DNA of 64,000 nt from Octopus sinensis (Eukaryota), in contig NC_043010.1 in assembly GCF_006345805.1 (NCBI RefSeq), positions 26,040,001 to 26,104,000 of the forward strand, in the 5' to 3' direction. A program made the position numbers and the translations under genes. Shown here piece by piece: positions 27,701 through 41,100 of this stretch; within the stretch, counting starts at the first letter, position 1, and each line of letters begins with the position of its first letter. The notes under the pieces were generated by a model, which made no database searches, was not told the DNA's origin, and saw nothing but the letters and a program-made list of their open reading frames with translations.

Positions 27701-29676
27701 TAGACCTGTGAATTGGAAGAAAGAAGTTGGAGTGGGCCTTCATCCTTGGTACTCAGGGTGATCTTGAATGATGGGGTCCCTTGATTATCCCTAGAAGTCC
27801 TCCTGAATCAGGGGGAACCCATCACGATTACTTTTCCCCCTATTTTTCTAGTGTTATATACTATGTATACTTCCCTTCTCCTAATGTATACCATGTATAT
27901 TTTTTATTTTATCATTCCATTATATGTAAACCCCCCACACTTTATGTCTGTCTTTGTATTGTCCTCCTCATCTTTCACTCTGGTGGCAAATAAATCATTA
28001 TTATTATTGTTGTTGTTATTGCAGGTTCTCTCGACTGTAACTATTCCAACAGCAAGACACTCACAGAGGTAATGAATGATGTCCAAAGCCAGATTCAGGA
28101 ATTGTATACGGACAAGAAGTTTCAAGTGGAGAATAATAATCCAAGAAATCTACGTTAGTAACAGCTTTCCTTTATTACTTTAAAACCCCTTTTGTTTGAC
28201 ACCTAAGTATGTGCTATAAAAACAGACGATAAAATATCTTCCCACAAAATGTATGTGGTTTTTACATCCCTGGAATGCTCCAGCAACATGTAGAGGACTA
28301 GTTACAGGTAAGAGCAATGATGTCCTTGGAGAAAGTCTAGGTGTCAACAAGGATGAACTGGCTGATCTATTCAGTAAAACTTTTGGGCTCGGGACTACTA
28401 TGGATAACTTCCAGATATCCTTCACTTGCAGCATTACTGAGCAGGGGCACTGCTGGTTTGAGCTAAACTATACAGACTGAGGGGTGCTGCCATATGGAAC
28501 TGTCCAAGATAAGATCACAGCAACAAAACTATACTTCTTGCATTTGTGTAGTCTCTGAGCATTGCTGACTTGGGGACATGAATGGTTGCTGTTGCTTGTA
28601 ACCTGGACCTGGCTGTCAGCCAACCCCATCAAGAAGATTGCTTCACTGCCTTCATTTTATAAGTTAGGTCAGGTTGCTTCCTTGTTTCTGGTGCATGATA
28701 TTGAAAGGGTTGAGGGAAGACACTCTCCTTCTCAGTCAGTCCCTCATTCAGATTTACAAGTGCTACCTGGAAAGAAAAGTAAGAATGGAGAGTGAAGTGC
28801 TCTCCACCAGTGAATCTGTCAAAAGGTAGGGGTGATTGATGAAATTGCTTTGAGTGAATAGAAATACTCTAAGCATTTGCCTGTAGATAGAACATCAGTT
28901 GGGTAAAGGTTTGTACTCTTGATGATCAGGGTAATCTTGAATCTGTGGAGTTCCTTTATTGGCCCTGGTTGGAGGCTCTCCTGCATCACAGCTATGTCAT
29001 ACATCTATTCAAATTTGGTATACTATGTATACATTTTATTCCATTTTCTCTACCCCCCCCCCCCCTTTTTTTTTGGTATACTATGTATACATTTTATTCC
29101 ATTTTCTCTACCCCCCCCCCTTTTTTTTTACATCACCTAATTTTATGTAAATTTCATGAACAGTTACCTGTCTTATAAGGATTTTTCATCTTACCCCACC
29201 GAAAATTAAAGGCACCAAACTGACGGAATCATTTGCATGTTGGACAAAATGTGTCTAGCAGTATTTCTTCCAATACTTTATGTTCTGGGTTCAAATTCTG
29301 TGAAGGTCAGTTTTGCCCTCCATCCGTTCAGGAATTGATAAAATTAGACCCCATTGAGCACTGGGGGTTGATGTAACTGGTTTACCCTCCCTTCTAACAA
29401 CTGCTGGTCTTGTGCCAAAATTTGAAACCATTTATTATCATTATTATTATTATTATTATTATTAAGGCGGTGAGCTGGCAGAAACGTTAGCATGCTGGAT
29501 GAAATGCTTAGCAGTATTTTGCCCATTGGTATGTTCTGAGTTCAAATTCCGCCAAGGTTTAATTTACCTTTCATCCTTTTGGGGTTGATAAAATAAGTAC
29601 CAGTTAAACACTGGGGTTGATGTAATCAACTCATTCCCTTTCCCAAAATTACTGCCCTTGTGGCAAAATTTGAAAC

Positions 29677-29707
<31 letters not shown>

Positions 29708-32700
29708 TATTTATTTTTCTGTAGCATCAACTCGGTTTGATTCAACTCCTATATCACATCCACCAGTACGGAGTCAGGATATTTGGACAACCAAGACCCG
29801 TTCGGTGCCTCCTGGTTTCCAGCCTCTCGGTTCTACTGAAACCTCAAACAACTGTCCTCGGAGAAATTTCGATGACTTCAACACTTGGAACCCATCATTC
29901 GAACCTCGGTATGTTAAGACGACATAGTTTGAACTAGAAAGTAGCGTTGTTGATATTGTTATTTTTGTCATCTTGTGGACCTCAGTACTTGATGGTATTA
30001 GATGAATATGGGGCATGGAGGATCAGAGAAATTGGCTACATCCCTCCTCACAACTGCCCCCTCCCCAAAACATTAGTATAATTATAAGTGTATGTGCATG
30101 CATACACGTAAGCCCATATATTTCTAGTTTATGTTGAGTGGTGCATTCTACATTCTTCATCACCACTGAGGTCAAAGGCAAAGTTGGCCTTGGCGAGATC
30201 AAATCCTGCTGAAGTCACTTTTGCATTTTGTTCCTCCTCCAGGTTGATAAAGTAAAGTCCCAGTTGAGAATTAGGGTTGCTGTAATCGAATATTTCCCCT
30301 CTCTTTAAAAGTTTTGGCTTTGAGCCTAAGTTACAAACCATTATCATCATCATCATCATCATCATCATCAAGGCAGCAAGCTGGCAGAATCGTTAGCACA
30401 CCAGGCAAAATGCTTAGTAGTATTTCATCCATCTTTATGTTCTGAGTTCAAATTCTGCCAAAGGTGACTTTGCCTTTTGTTCTCTTGGGGTCGATAAATT
30501 AAGTACCAGTCAAGTACTGGAGTTGATGTGATTGACTTACCCATTCCCAACAAATTTCAGGCCTTGTGCCTATAATAGAAAGGATTGTTATTATCATCAT
30601 TATTATTATTATTATGGTGAGCTGGCAGAATAGTTAGCACACCGGATGAAGTGCTTAGCAGTATTTCGTCTGTTACTACGTTCTGAGTTCAAATTCTACC
30701 AAGGTCAGCTTTGCCTTTCATCCTTTTGGGGTTGACAAATTAATTACCAGTGAAACACTGGGGTTGATGTAATTGACTAATCCCCTCCCTGCAAATTTGA
30801 GGCCTTGTGCCCCCAGTAGTAAAGATTATTTCTTCTAATATACTCAGCTTGTTGCTAGAAATGTCATTATTGTACCAGCTGTTCACTTTCCATGTTGGTG
30901 CTTTCATCTCTAGTCTTCAAGATGTTCCAGAGACTTATAATATAATAATAATAATAATAATAATAATGAAATTATTGTATACAGTGCTCAGGTGCACCAC
31001 AACTTGTCAGAAAGTGCATATAAAGTACATGCAGTAATGTAGAAATGTCTGGAAAGCGAACAATGTATGAGTCAGATACATGCTTGTGTGTGTATGGAGG
31101 GGAGAAAATCAACTGTAGTGTTGGCGAATCTCAGGAAGCATAGAAGTTTTGAAGGATGCAGTGCTCTGACAACTAACAACTGATGCCAGCAGTTTGTTCC
31201 ATGCTTCAGCAACTCTCAGCGTGAAAAAATGTTTCCTGAAGTCATGGGAGCTGTGCTGTTTTCTTACTTTGTAAATATGTCCACGGGTGTTAGATGGGTG
31301 GAGTTTGAAAAGGTGCTCAGAGTTATTGTTTGTATGATGGTTGATAATTTTATGGGTGTCTGCCAAGTCAGCTGCCAGGCGTCGGAGTTTCAATGTGTCC
31401 ATGCCCAGGGAAGTAAGGCGTTCAGGATATGGCAAATGCCTGATGGAGGGTATTCTTTTGGTTGCACTTCACTGAACAGCTTCCAGACGATTGATATCCT
31501 GGGCAAGATAGGGGTTCCAGACCGGTGATGCAAATTCCAGGTGAAGTCTTACCATAGCTATATAAAGCCGCAGATAGATAGCCGGAGAGTGGCTCACAAA
31601 GGATTTGGTGAGTGATGCCAAGACACCCTCAGCCTTCTTGACAATTTTAGCGATGTGTTTTGTCCAACGCAAATCACTGTCGACAATAACACCCAGGTCA
31701 CATTCACATGAAGACTTTTTGAGACTAGTGTTGTGGAGGGAGTAGGTGGACGCTGGGTTTCTCCTCCCAAAATGCATGGTGGTACATTTGTCCACTGCCA
31801 GCTTGAGTTGCCAGTCCATGATCCACTGCTGCATTGTGTCCAGGTCTGCTTGCAATAGAGATCTATAGTGTACAGGATTTGACCTCTTTTATTTCGAGGT
31901 ACAGCTTGATGTTATCTGCATATTTCAGCACTGTGGCATTCTTTAAGTTGGCATCTATGTCATTAACATATGCAACAAATAAAAGGGGGCCAAGAACAGA
32001 TCCCTGTGGTACACCAGATGTCATCTCATAGGGCGAAGAGTGCTGTCCTAGAACTGTGACAAGCTCTTTTCGGCTGAAAATAAAGGACTTCAACCAGTTA
32101 TAGAGTTCGTCTCTTACACCCAACGCAGAAAGCTTCACCATAAGTCTTTTGTGTGGCACAGAGTTAAAAGCCTTAGCAAAGTCCAGGTAAACAACATCCA
32201 CCCAGGATCCGCAATCAGTGATTTGGGTAACGTCCTCAAGAAACTCGATGAGTTGATTACTTCTTACACTGCCAAGTAATGCTGTCCCTGGATAGGTTTT
32301 ATTCTCATTTTCATTCCTAACATTTCTAACAGATTTTTCTTTAAATTGAATATAGAATTTTGATTTAGTGTATTATTATTGTTATATATATAAAGTTAAT
32401 CTAAACAAGAAAACAAAAAGACAACAACGCGAGGATGTGGAACAAATAAAGTATTATTGGGCACTCAGGAAAGAAGGGAAGAAGGAGGGTATGACGTTTC
32501 GAGCGGAGCTCTTCGTCGGAAACATAGGAGAAAGAAAGATCCCGAGGTGGAAGGACAGAGGGAAAAAAATGCAAGTGGTCTTCACGAGGTCATATATATA
32601 TGCATGCATGCATGCACACACAGAGACAGAACAGGTTTTATTATTCAGTTTCCATCTTCCAAATCCATTCACAGAAATTTTGGTTAACTTGGGACTGTAG

Positions 32701-35086
32701 AAGAAGACATTTGTACAAAATGCCATGCAATGGGACTGAACTTCAAACTTTGCATTTCAGAAATGAACTTTATTTGAATGTGTAAAATCACATTTACCAT
32801 TCAATCCCAGTCATATATCATCATCCTCCAGTGTTTTAAATTCGGGTTTTGTCCCTGTTAATGGGGGTGGCTGGATCTACCTCAGTGCCATAGCAACTGC
32901 CCTCACACCATCTCGCCATCTTCCTCGGTTTTGGGCATCCTCCCTTCTCAGGCCAACCCTCCCAATCTCCTCCTCCACGTTTTCCTTGATCTACTCCATT
33001 TTTTTTATGGGGTGCTCTGAAAGGGGTCTCAGGGAGTAACGTGTCCCTGCCTTCCTGAGCTAGTTTCCCACCACATTTCTTAAAAATCGTGGTAGAGGCC
33101 TTGGTCTCAGGACCACTCATGTCTAGAAACTGAGGTTGGGGGATAAGCAAGGGCACGCTCCCTGTACAAAATACAGCTCTGAGAAAGCGTTGTCACTAAA
33201 AATATAAATTGTCTAAAATCAGTACTTCAGTTGCTAGAATTATTCCCAAAAGTGAGAACATCGCATCATTGTCCAGGAAAAGAACATACTGGACAATTAA
33301 TCTTGAGATGAGCTGTTCCTGTTCTGTTATTGGCACTGTGTTATGTTTATGAATTAGATTGCTAACTGATAAAATGGTTTAGTCCACCTTCACGAAAATA
33401 AGACTGGAATATAGGAAAACATTTTCACCCTAGGTTGTGAAATCGCTGTAAAAATGTTAAGTGGTTTGTTAACATGATCAGATTTAGCCTGGAGGTTAAA
33501 TGGTAACAATAGCTCTTCCTTTGTGTTGTGAAAAACCACTTGATTACTTATTGTCAGGCCAAACTCATTGGATTCAGATCCTGTTTCTATAGGCTGTGTG
33601 TAATGGCTGTGTTGCAGGCTCTGTGTGTGTTGTATATACGTATATTAGTGTACATATAAATTTCTGATCTATGTTGAGTGGTGCATTCTACTTTCTTCAT
33701 CACCAAGTTTGTTCTTTGTCAATAAAAAAAGCAGAAACCAAGGAGATTGGTTGTGGTCTACATCAGCAAAAATACCATTATAAAGTTTGCAAATTTGGTT
33801 AAATTTGTATTCTATAAGGTGATGAGAGTCCCAATATTTCTAGTAAAGCTTGTCTCCTTTAGAAAGAGAGAGGGGTGGGATGTAAGTTATTTAGGCTAGT
33901 GCTAAACCCATCACATATAGGCCTCCATCATTAGATGGGTATCCATCATCATCATCATTTAATGTTCTTCTTCCATGCTGGCATGGATTGGATGGTTTGA
34001 TAGAATCCAATCAACATCAAGTTTCAGTGTTGCTTTGACATGGTTTCTGCAGCTGGTTGCCCTTCCTAATGCCAACCCTCTTACAGCATGTATTGTGTAT
34101 TTTTTTTTTGCATGACACCAGCGCTAGTGAGATTGCCAAATAACTCGTGAGACAAAAAGTATGACTTCCTTGACTAAATAGAGTTGTAGTAGAGAGGATG
34201 GCTTCATGCCAGATGTTGAGAAGCTAAAGTATGACAGAGGGACAGACATAGGTGTCTTGTCCCTGTTAAATTTGGTTCAGTCCTTTCATAACTAAAAAAC
34301 TGAAGTTAAAGAATTTTTTTCCTCACCAACTTCTCTTTATTTTCAGCCAACAACCATCTTTAAGTCCTAACTATTTGAAGCTGGTGAAACCTAGTACTGT
34401 ATTGGTGCCACCTTCAATGTTCAACAGTTGTTCAAAGACAGAACCACCAAAACCTAATTTACCCAGGTAAATCCCATCAAATTCTTTTCTTCACACATAT
34501 TTCATTTTCAGCTGAGGCATTTACAACATGATGGGTTCCTACTGCTTACTGCTCTTATTAATAAATGCTTGATTAGCTTCTGATAATAATTATGTATGGA
34601 TATTAAATTTCATCATCATCATCATTTAATGTCAATGCTAGCGTACGTTATTTACTAATGTATATTTATGATAGGCTGATAAGCTGGCAGAATTCTTAGC
34701 ACGCCAGGCAAAATGCATTTCAGCATTTTTGCCTGTTTTTATATTCTGAGTTCAAATTCCACTGGGATTGACTTTATTTTTCATCCTTCTGGGGAAGGGG
34801 GGGTCAATAAAATAAGCACTAGTGGAACCCTGGGGGTTGATGTAATTGACATATCTCCTCTCCTGACCTTGTGCTAAAATTTGAAACCAATATATATATA
34901 TATATATATACACATATATATACACACACACACACTGTGTACATTTAAACACATAAGAGATGGCCATAACATGTATGGTATGTGTGCCTGTTTAAATGTA
35001 CACTGTATTTTTTTATATGAATAATATATAGTCTATTCACCAATAGCAAAGAAATTTTCTAAATTTTTTTGCTACTCTGAAATTTA

Positions 35087-35139
<53 letters not shown>

Positions 35140-38100
35140 ATGGGTGTGTGGTTAAGAAGTTTGCTTTACAACCACATAGTTTTAGATTCAATTCCACCAT
35201 GTGACACCTTAAACTAGTATCTTCTATAGTTCTGGTATTTGAGGGTGATTTGGTAGATAGAAACTGTTGTGTGTGTATAAGTATATTTTAAAAAAATTTT
35301 CAGCAAATAAAAAAAAAATTACTATAAGGAAATAATGATTAAAAAATTTTTCTTAATTTTTGTAGGAATAACTGGTCAACTTCATGGGGATCAAATTCCA
35401 GCCATTCTGTAATTGATACCAATTTAACAGAATTAGCTCAGAAACTCCAGCAGGTAAGCTGTCTTATTTTTGTGAATTGTTTCTTGAATAAGGTCTCTAT
35501 GTTTAATTTGTAACTTAAAGATGTTGCTTGGTTCAATTGTTATTTGATTAATATTATTAGATTATTGTTACTGTTCTTCCTGCTGTAATTGTTGTTAAAG
35601 CGTCGAGCTGCATCATTCAGAAAATTCACCAACATTAATCCTGACATGCCCATGCACCACCATCACCACCATTATCATTTAACATTTGTTGTCTATGCTG
35701 GCATGGGTTGGACGGTTTGACCAGGGCTGGTAAGCTGGAAGGCTGCACCAGACTCCAGTCTGATTTGACAGGGTTTTCTACAGCTGGATGCCTTTCCCAA
35801 CACCAACCACTCCGAGAGTGTAATGGGTTCTTTTGCGTGCCACTGGCATGGGTGCCATTTGCACAACACCAGTATCTGCCACAATTGAGATTTTGCTCGG
35901 CTTGATGGGTCTTCTTCGCAAGCACGACATAATGCCACAGGTCTTGGTCATTGCCTCCATGAGGCCCAACACTTGAAAGGAACTCAATCACTTTGTCTCC
36001 ATGAGGCCCAATGTTCAAAAGGAACTTGGCCACTTTGCTTCCGTGAGGCCCAACACTCTTTTTTATCTTATTGCATATTATTCTGCATACTCTACATGTA
36101 TCTCTTGCTATCATTGCCATCTTTCTTTATTTACATGTCTGTTTTCCATCCCCTCTTTTAACCTTTTCTGACCAGTCGTAGGGCACCTGCAATAAGTTCA
36201 TTATTATATTGTTAATTGGTAAGAGCTATCTTATTGTCTTTATTTTCTCGGTGTCATTTCAGGTCCTTCCTTCAACTCATTCCAATGTACACTGGCCACA
36301 GCTCTACTGGGAAATGGATCAACTCTTCCTTGATTTCAGTAACTCTTCTCATGCTTTCACCTTTCATTTGAAACGCTTGTATTAATGTTGACACATTTCG
36401 TTTATGTCTCTGGTTCTGCCTTCATCCCAAATGAGTTTCCAAGAGAATATTTGCCCAATGATATATGTGTGTGTGTGCATGCGCATGTGATTTTGTTTGA
36501 AAGCATGTAACCATTGTAGACGAGTGTTGCTGTCATACAAGCAGTGGCCTTCATTTCTAATCTTGCGTGAAAACAAGTCTGGCCATGGGGAAATATTACC
36601 TTGCTTAGAAATTCGTGAGGGTTGGCAGCAGGAAGAGCACCAATGAGAAAATCTACTCTCAGTGAATTGTATTTGCCATATACAATAATGGAGAAGTGAA
36701 TGTTAAAACAATGGTGAATTTATATTTACATGTGTGTGTGTACATGTATGTATGTATGTGTGGTATGTACATATGTGTGTATGGTACATATATACGTATG
36801 GCATGTGTGCCTGTTTCTTAATTGCAGGGTTCCAGGTTCAGTCCCACTGTGTTGCACCTTGGGCAAATGTTTTCTACTGTAGCCTTGGGTCAACCAAAGC
36901 TTTGTGAATGGGTTTGGTAAGTGGAAACAGAAGCCCATCATGTGTGTATGTGTGTCTACTTGTCTTGACATTCTGTGCTTTTTTTGTCAGTGAATGTCAT
37001 TCATTTTTAATATTCTACAAAAGCCAATTCTGGTCATGGGGAAATTATTTTGCTTAGAAAGAGGTGAAAGTTGGCAACAAGGTGGGCATGAAACCATAAA
37101 AACCATACCAAAGCAGACATGATCACAATTCAGTCCTGGGATTCTATCAAACCTACATACTTATATTAACATGTTGACACATACATCTAGACACACGTAT
37201 ATGCATATATACTCTTACAACCGTGTCTAATGTTCACAGTTGTACAGAGTAAATATTAAATAGTCATCTTCACTCCTAGTTATATTGTGGTACTCTGTTG
37301 GTTATGACGACAAGGGTTCCAGTTGATCTGATCAACAGAACAGCCTGCTCATGAAATTAATGTGCAAGTGGCTGAGCATTCCACAAACACGTGTACCCTT
37401 AATGTAGTTCTTGGAGAGATTCAGCGTGACACAGTGTGTGACAAGGCTGACCCTTTGAAGTACAGGTACAACAGAAAGAGGAAGAAAGATTAAGAGAAAG
37501 TGTACAGCAGGGTTTGCCACCCCACCTGCCGCTGTTTTTGCTTAATAAACTCTCACAACGCCCAGTCTGGGAATTGAAACCATGAGTCCACTGCCCTAAC
37601 TACTAGGCCATTGCACCTTCACATCATCATCATCGTTTAGCGTCTGCTTTCCATGCTTGCATGGGTTGGACATGTTACCTTAGTTATATAATGTAGGCTG
37701 TAATATCAATATACAAAATATTTTATTGAACATGCATAACATAGTGGCCTCCCTTCGTTGCCAAATGCAGCAGGTTGGTACATTGACTCGAAGTTTGAGC
37801 GTTAAATGCAGCAGACAAGATAGACATGCAGCTGTTGTTGCTAAACTCCAGGGTTTCTAATTGGAACTAGCCCAACTTTTGTCTTTTTTTCCCTTCTGGT
37901 AAAGTGTACCTAAGACTACATTTACCAATATGTTTGTTTTTTCGAAAGGGTTGAGAGATTTGAGTGCGATTGTGTTACTATTTTTAACAGGTGAATATAG
38001 GCTCAATAGATGTGTAAACCCCCCCCCCCCCCCACCAAAAAAAATCCTCAACACCTTCAGAGTGCTCGATATGCACAATTGGTCTCAGTAGTTTCCACAT

Positions 38101-41100
38101 TGGTATCTAAAATGTGCACTGCAGCACAAAAGCCAAACTGCTTGGCTGAATTGTACTTCTTTCTTATCTATCGATGACATAATATAGACTTTAGTTAATT
38201 GTTCCGTATGACTTTGTTTCAGGAGAACTATCCAGTGCCCAGAAACTGAACCTTATTTTGAAGACGGTCTTAACACAAGCAATTCAAGAACCCAACTTCT
38301 TTAATAATGCGATCACTCTAATATTTTATTTTCAAGGTAAGTTTCTTTAGAACATACTTCAAGAAAGACTATTTAACCTGATAAAGTAATCCTTCAACCT
38401 TTGCTCTCTCTCTCTCTCTCTCTCCAAACCACTTTCCTTCTATGTCCTCTCCTTGTCTTGTCTATTACTATTACCTCTACAATGAAGTCTGATTTTCTCA
38501 ATTTGATGGCCATATACCATTTCTAACCAAACCCTATCAGCCTCATGTCTTCTCTTCTCCTTACACTTACTGTTTCTCCCTTAAACCTTACACTAACCTA
38601 TTCCCTCCTCAATCCTTCTCCAGAACTGTCCACTGAGTACATATTTTCATGGCACCAGCATTATAGAGGCTAAATGAATTTCCTTGACCCTGTGTTGTCC
38701 CTGTTTAATTTACCAGTCATTTTACAGAGTGATCTTTGTGCTTTTTTTTTCTCCATAGCACCCCCATTAGAGAGGTCACTTTACAACTGAAAGGGAGACA
38801 GGGTCAGAGAGAGAGAGAGAGAGATGACAGGAAGTGTAGTGGTGTGTTATACATGTTTTTAATTTGTCTTCTTTTCATTTTCAGATCATAACAATTTTGA
38901 GAATAGTTTGCGCACAACTATCACAGATTTAGAGATTGATCATGTTAAGGTTGGTAATCTTTTTCTTATTTCTACTTTTAGAAAATATCAGGCCTGAATG
39001 GTGTATTTTGTTATGAAGCTCTACCTTTTGTTAGGTGTTCATTTTAAAATTACTTAAAATTCAAGTAGCAGTTTTTTTTTTTTTTTATTGTTCTTCGTAT
39101 TTTACCATTGTGACAAAATAGCCAGCACTACTCCTCCTTATATGGTGTGCGTTTTTGTAAAGTTGTGGTTAACTGGAATGCTTCAGATATGAAGTACAAG
39201 TCAATGAGCAAAATACTCTTTTGATGTGTTTCCTGCTCATCTATCATCGTTAACTCCTTCATTATCATTTTTCTGCTGAAAGACAAGTGCCAGCTTGACT
39301 GTGCAGTAAGAAGTTTGCTTTCCAGCCTCATGGTTCTGGGTTCAGTCTTGCTACATGGCACCTCGGGCTAGTGTCTTGGGCTGACCAAAACCTGACAGAA
39401 ACTATGAAGAAGCCCACCTTATGCATACACGCATACATATATATACATGTGTGTGTGAGTGAGTTTATGTATGTTTGTGTCCTTTTGTCTTGACAATACA
39501 TAGTAGTTTTAAAATGGTGGTCACTGCCATACAAGCAGTGTTATCTGTTTTCAATATTCTGCGAGAACATGCCTGACCATGGGGAAAATATTACCTTGCT
39601 TGGAAACAGGTGAGGGTTGGTGACAGGAAGGGTATCCAGCTGTAGAAAATCTGCCTCAATGAATTCCAACCATACAAGCATGGGAAAGAGGATGTTAAAT
39701 TGAAAATACACACATTCACACACACACATGACAGGCTTCTTTCGGTTAGCATCTACAAATTCCTTTATAAGGCTTTGGTTGGCCTGAGACTAGAGTAGAT
39801 AGTACTTTGTCCAAGATGCCATGCAGCAGGACTGAACTTGAAACCATTTGGTTGGTAAGCGAAATTCTTAACCATGTAGCCATGCTTGCCCCTATGCTAC
39901 AAATACCTTTAGTTACGTGGCCATCCCCTCATTTAAAACGCATCTTCATTCTGTAGAATACAAAGAAATGATAATTCATCCCTATGACATTTCCTGAAAG
40001 ATACACTCTGATTATTTTGCCAAAAAACTAACCGAGGGCTGCTTTCTAATAGAAATAAAACTTTTGCCTTGATAGCTGCGATTGCATGATGATGATCTTC
40101 TGGCTTGTGGATGTATATCTGTTTCCAGTACAATACTGTGGTTGGCTGGGGCCCCTGGGGGGTACCAGGAACTGCCAGCTGTCATGACATTAATATATTT
40201 CTTTTTACTGTTATGACTATATTCAGTACTTATTCATTCTAGTACTTCCTTTCCTTATTCTTTCTTGTGCATCTGTAATAATAATAATAATAATAATAAT
40301 GATAATAATAATAATGGCATATAATGTAATATAGTAATATATATATAAGGATATTACACAATACTACTCAATGCTGCTAACCTCCCCACCATTGAAGGGA
40401 CTTTGTCTTGTCTTGCAAGGTATTCAGTGACCCTTCTTGTGCTGGTGCCAAGTAAAAAGCATCCAGTGCATTGTGGAAGGGCATCTAGCCATAGAAACCA
40501 TGCCAAAACAAACAATACAGCTTGGTATGGCCCTCTGGTTTGCCAGCTCCAGTCAAACCATCTGACTTGTGCTTGCATGGAAAAGAGGTGTTAACAATGA
40601 TGATGCACCTGTTACTTCATTGTACTTGTCTTTGTAATAACTCCGTCCAAAATTTACACTGTTGTTGTTGTTTACCAGCCGGAAAGTTCAACTGCTGAGA
40701 CCTTTGCAGACTTGTTGGGCCATATTTTTGTTGAAATCTGCTCCCGAAACTCTCAGTAAGACAACTTTATTTATTTTTGATTTTTCATTTGGATTTTTTT
40801 TTTCTCTGATTACACCTGGTTGCTTGAAGCCACTGACATTTTGCATGAGGCTCTACATGGTAACATGAAGCTATTGAAAATAAATAAATAAATTAATAAT
40901 AATCTTTTCTACTATAGGCACAAGGCCTGAAATTTTAGGGGTGGGGGCTAATCGATTACATTGACCCTAATGCATAACCGAAAGGATGAAAGGCAAAGTT
41001 GACCTTGGTGGAATTTGAACCCAGAATGTGAAGACAGACGAAATACTGCTAAGCATTCTCCCAGCATGCTAGTGATTCTGACAGCTCGCTGCCTTCATAA

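Noticed and set aside
36339-36378. Extension of exon 12 to the gtatta donor
   Set aside because: It gives phase 2, which puts exon 13 into a frame with a stop.
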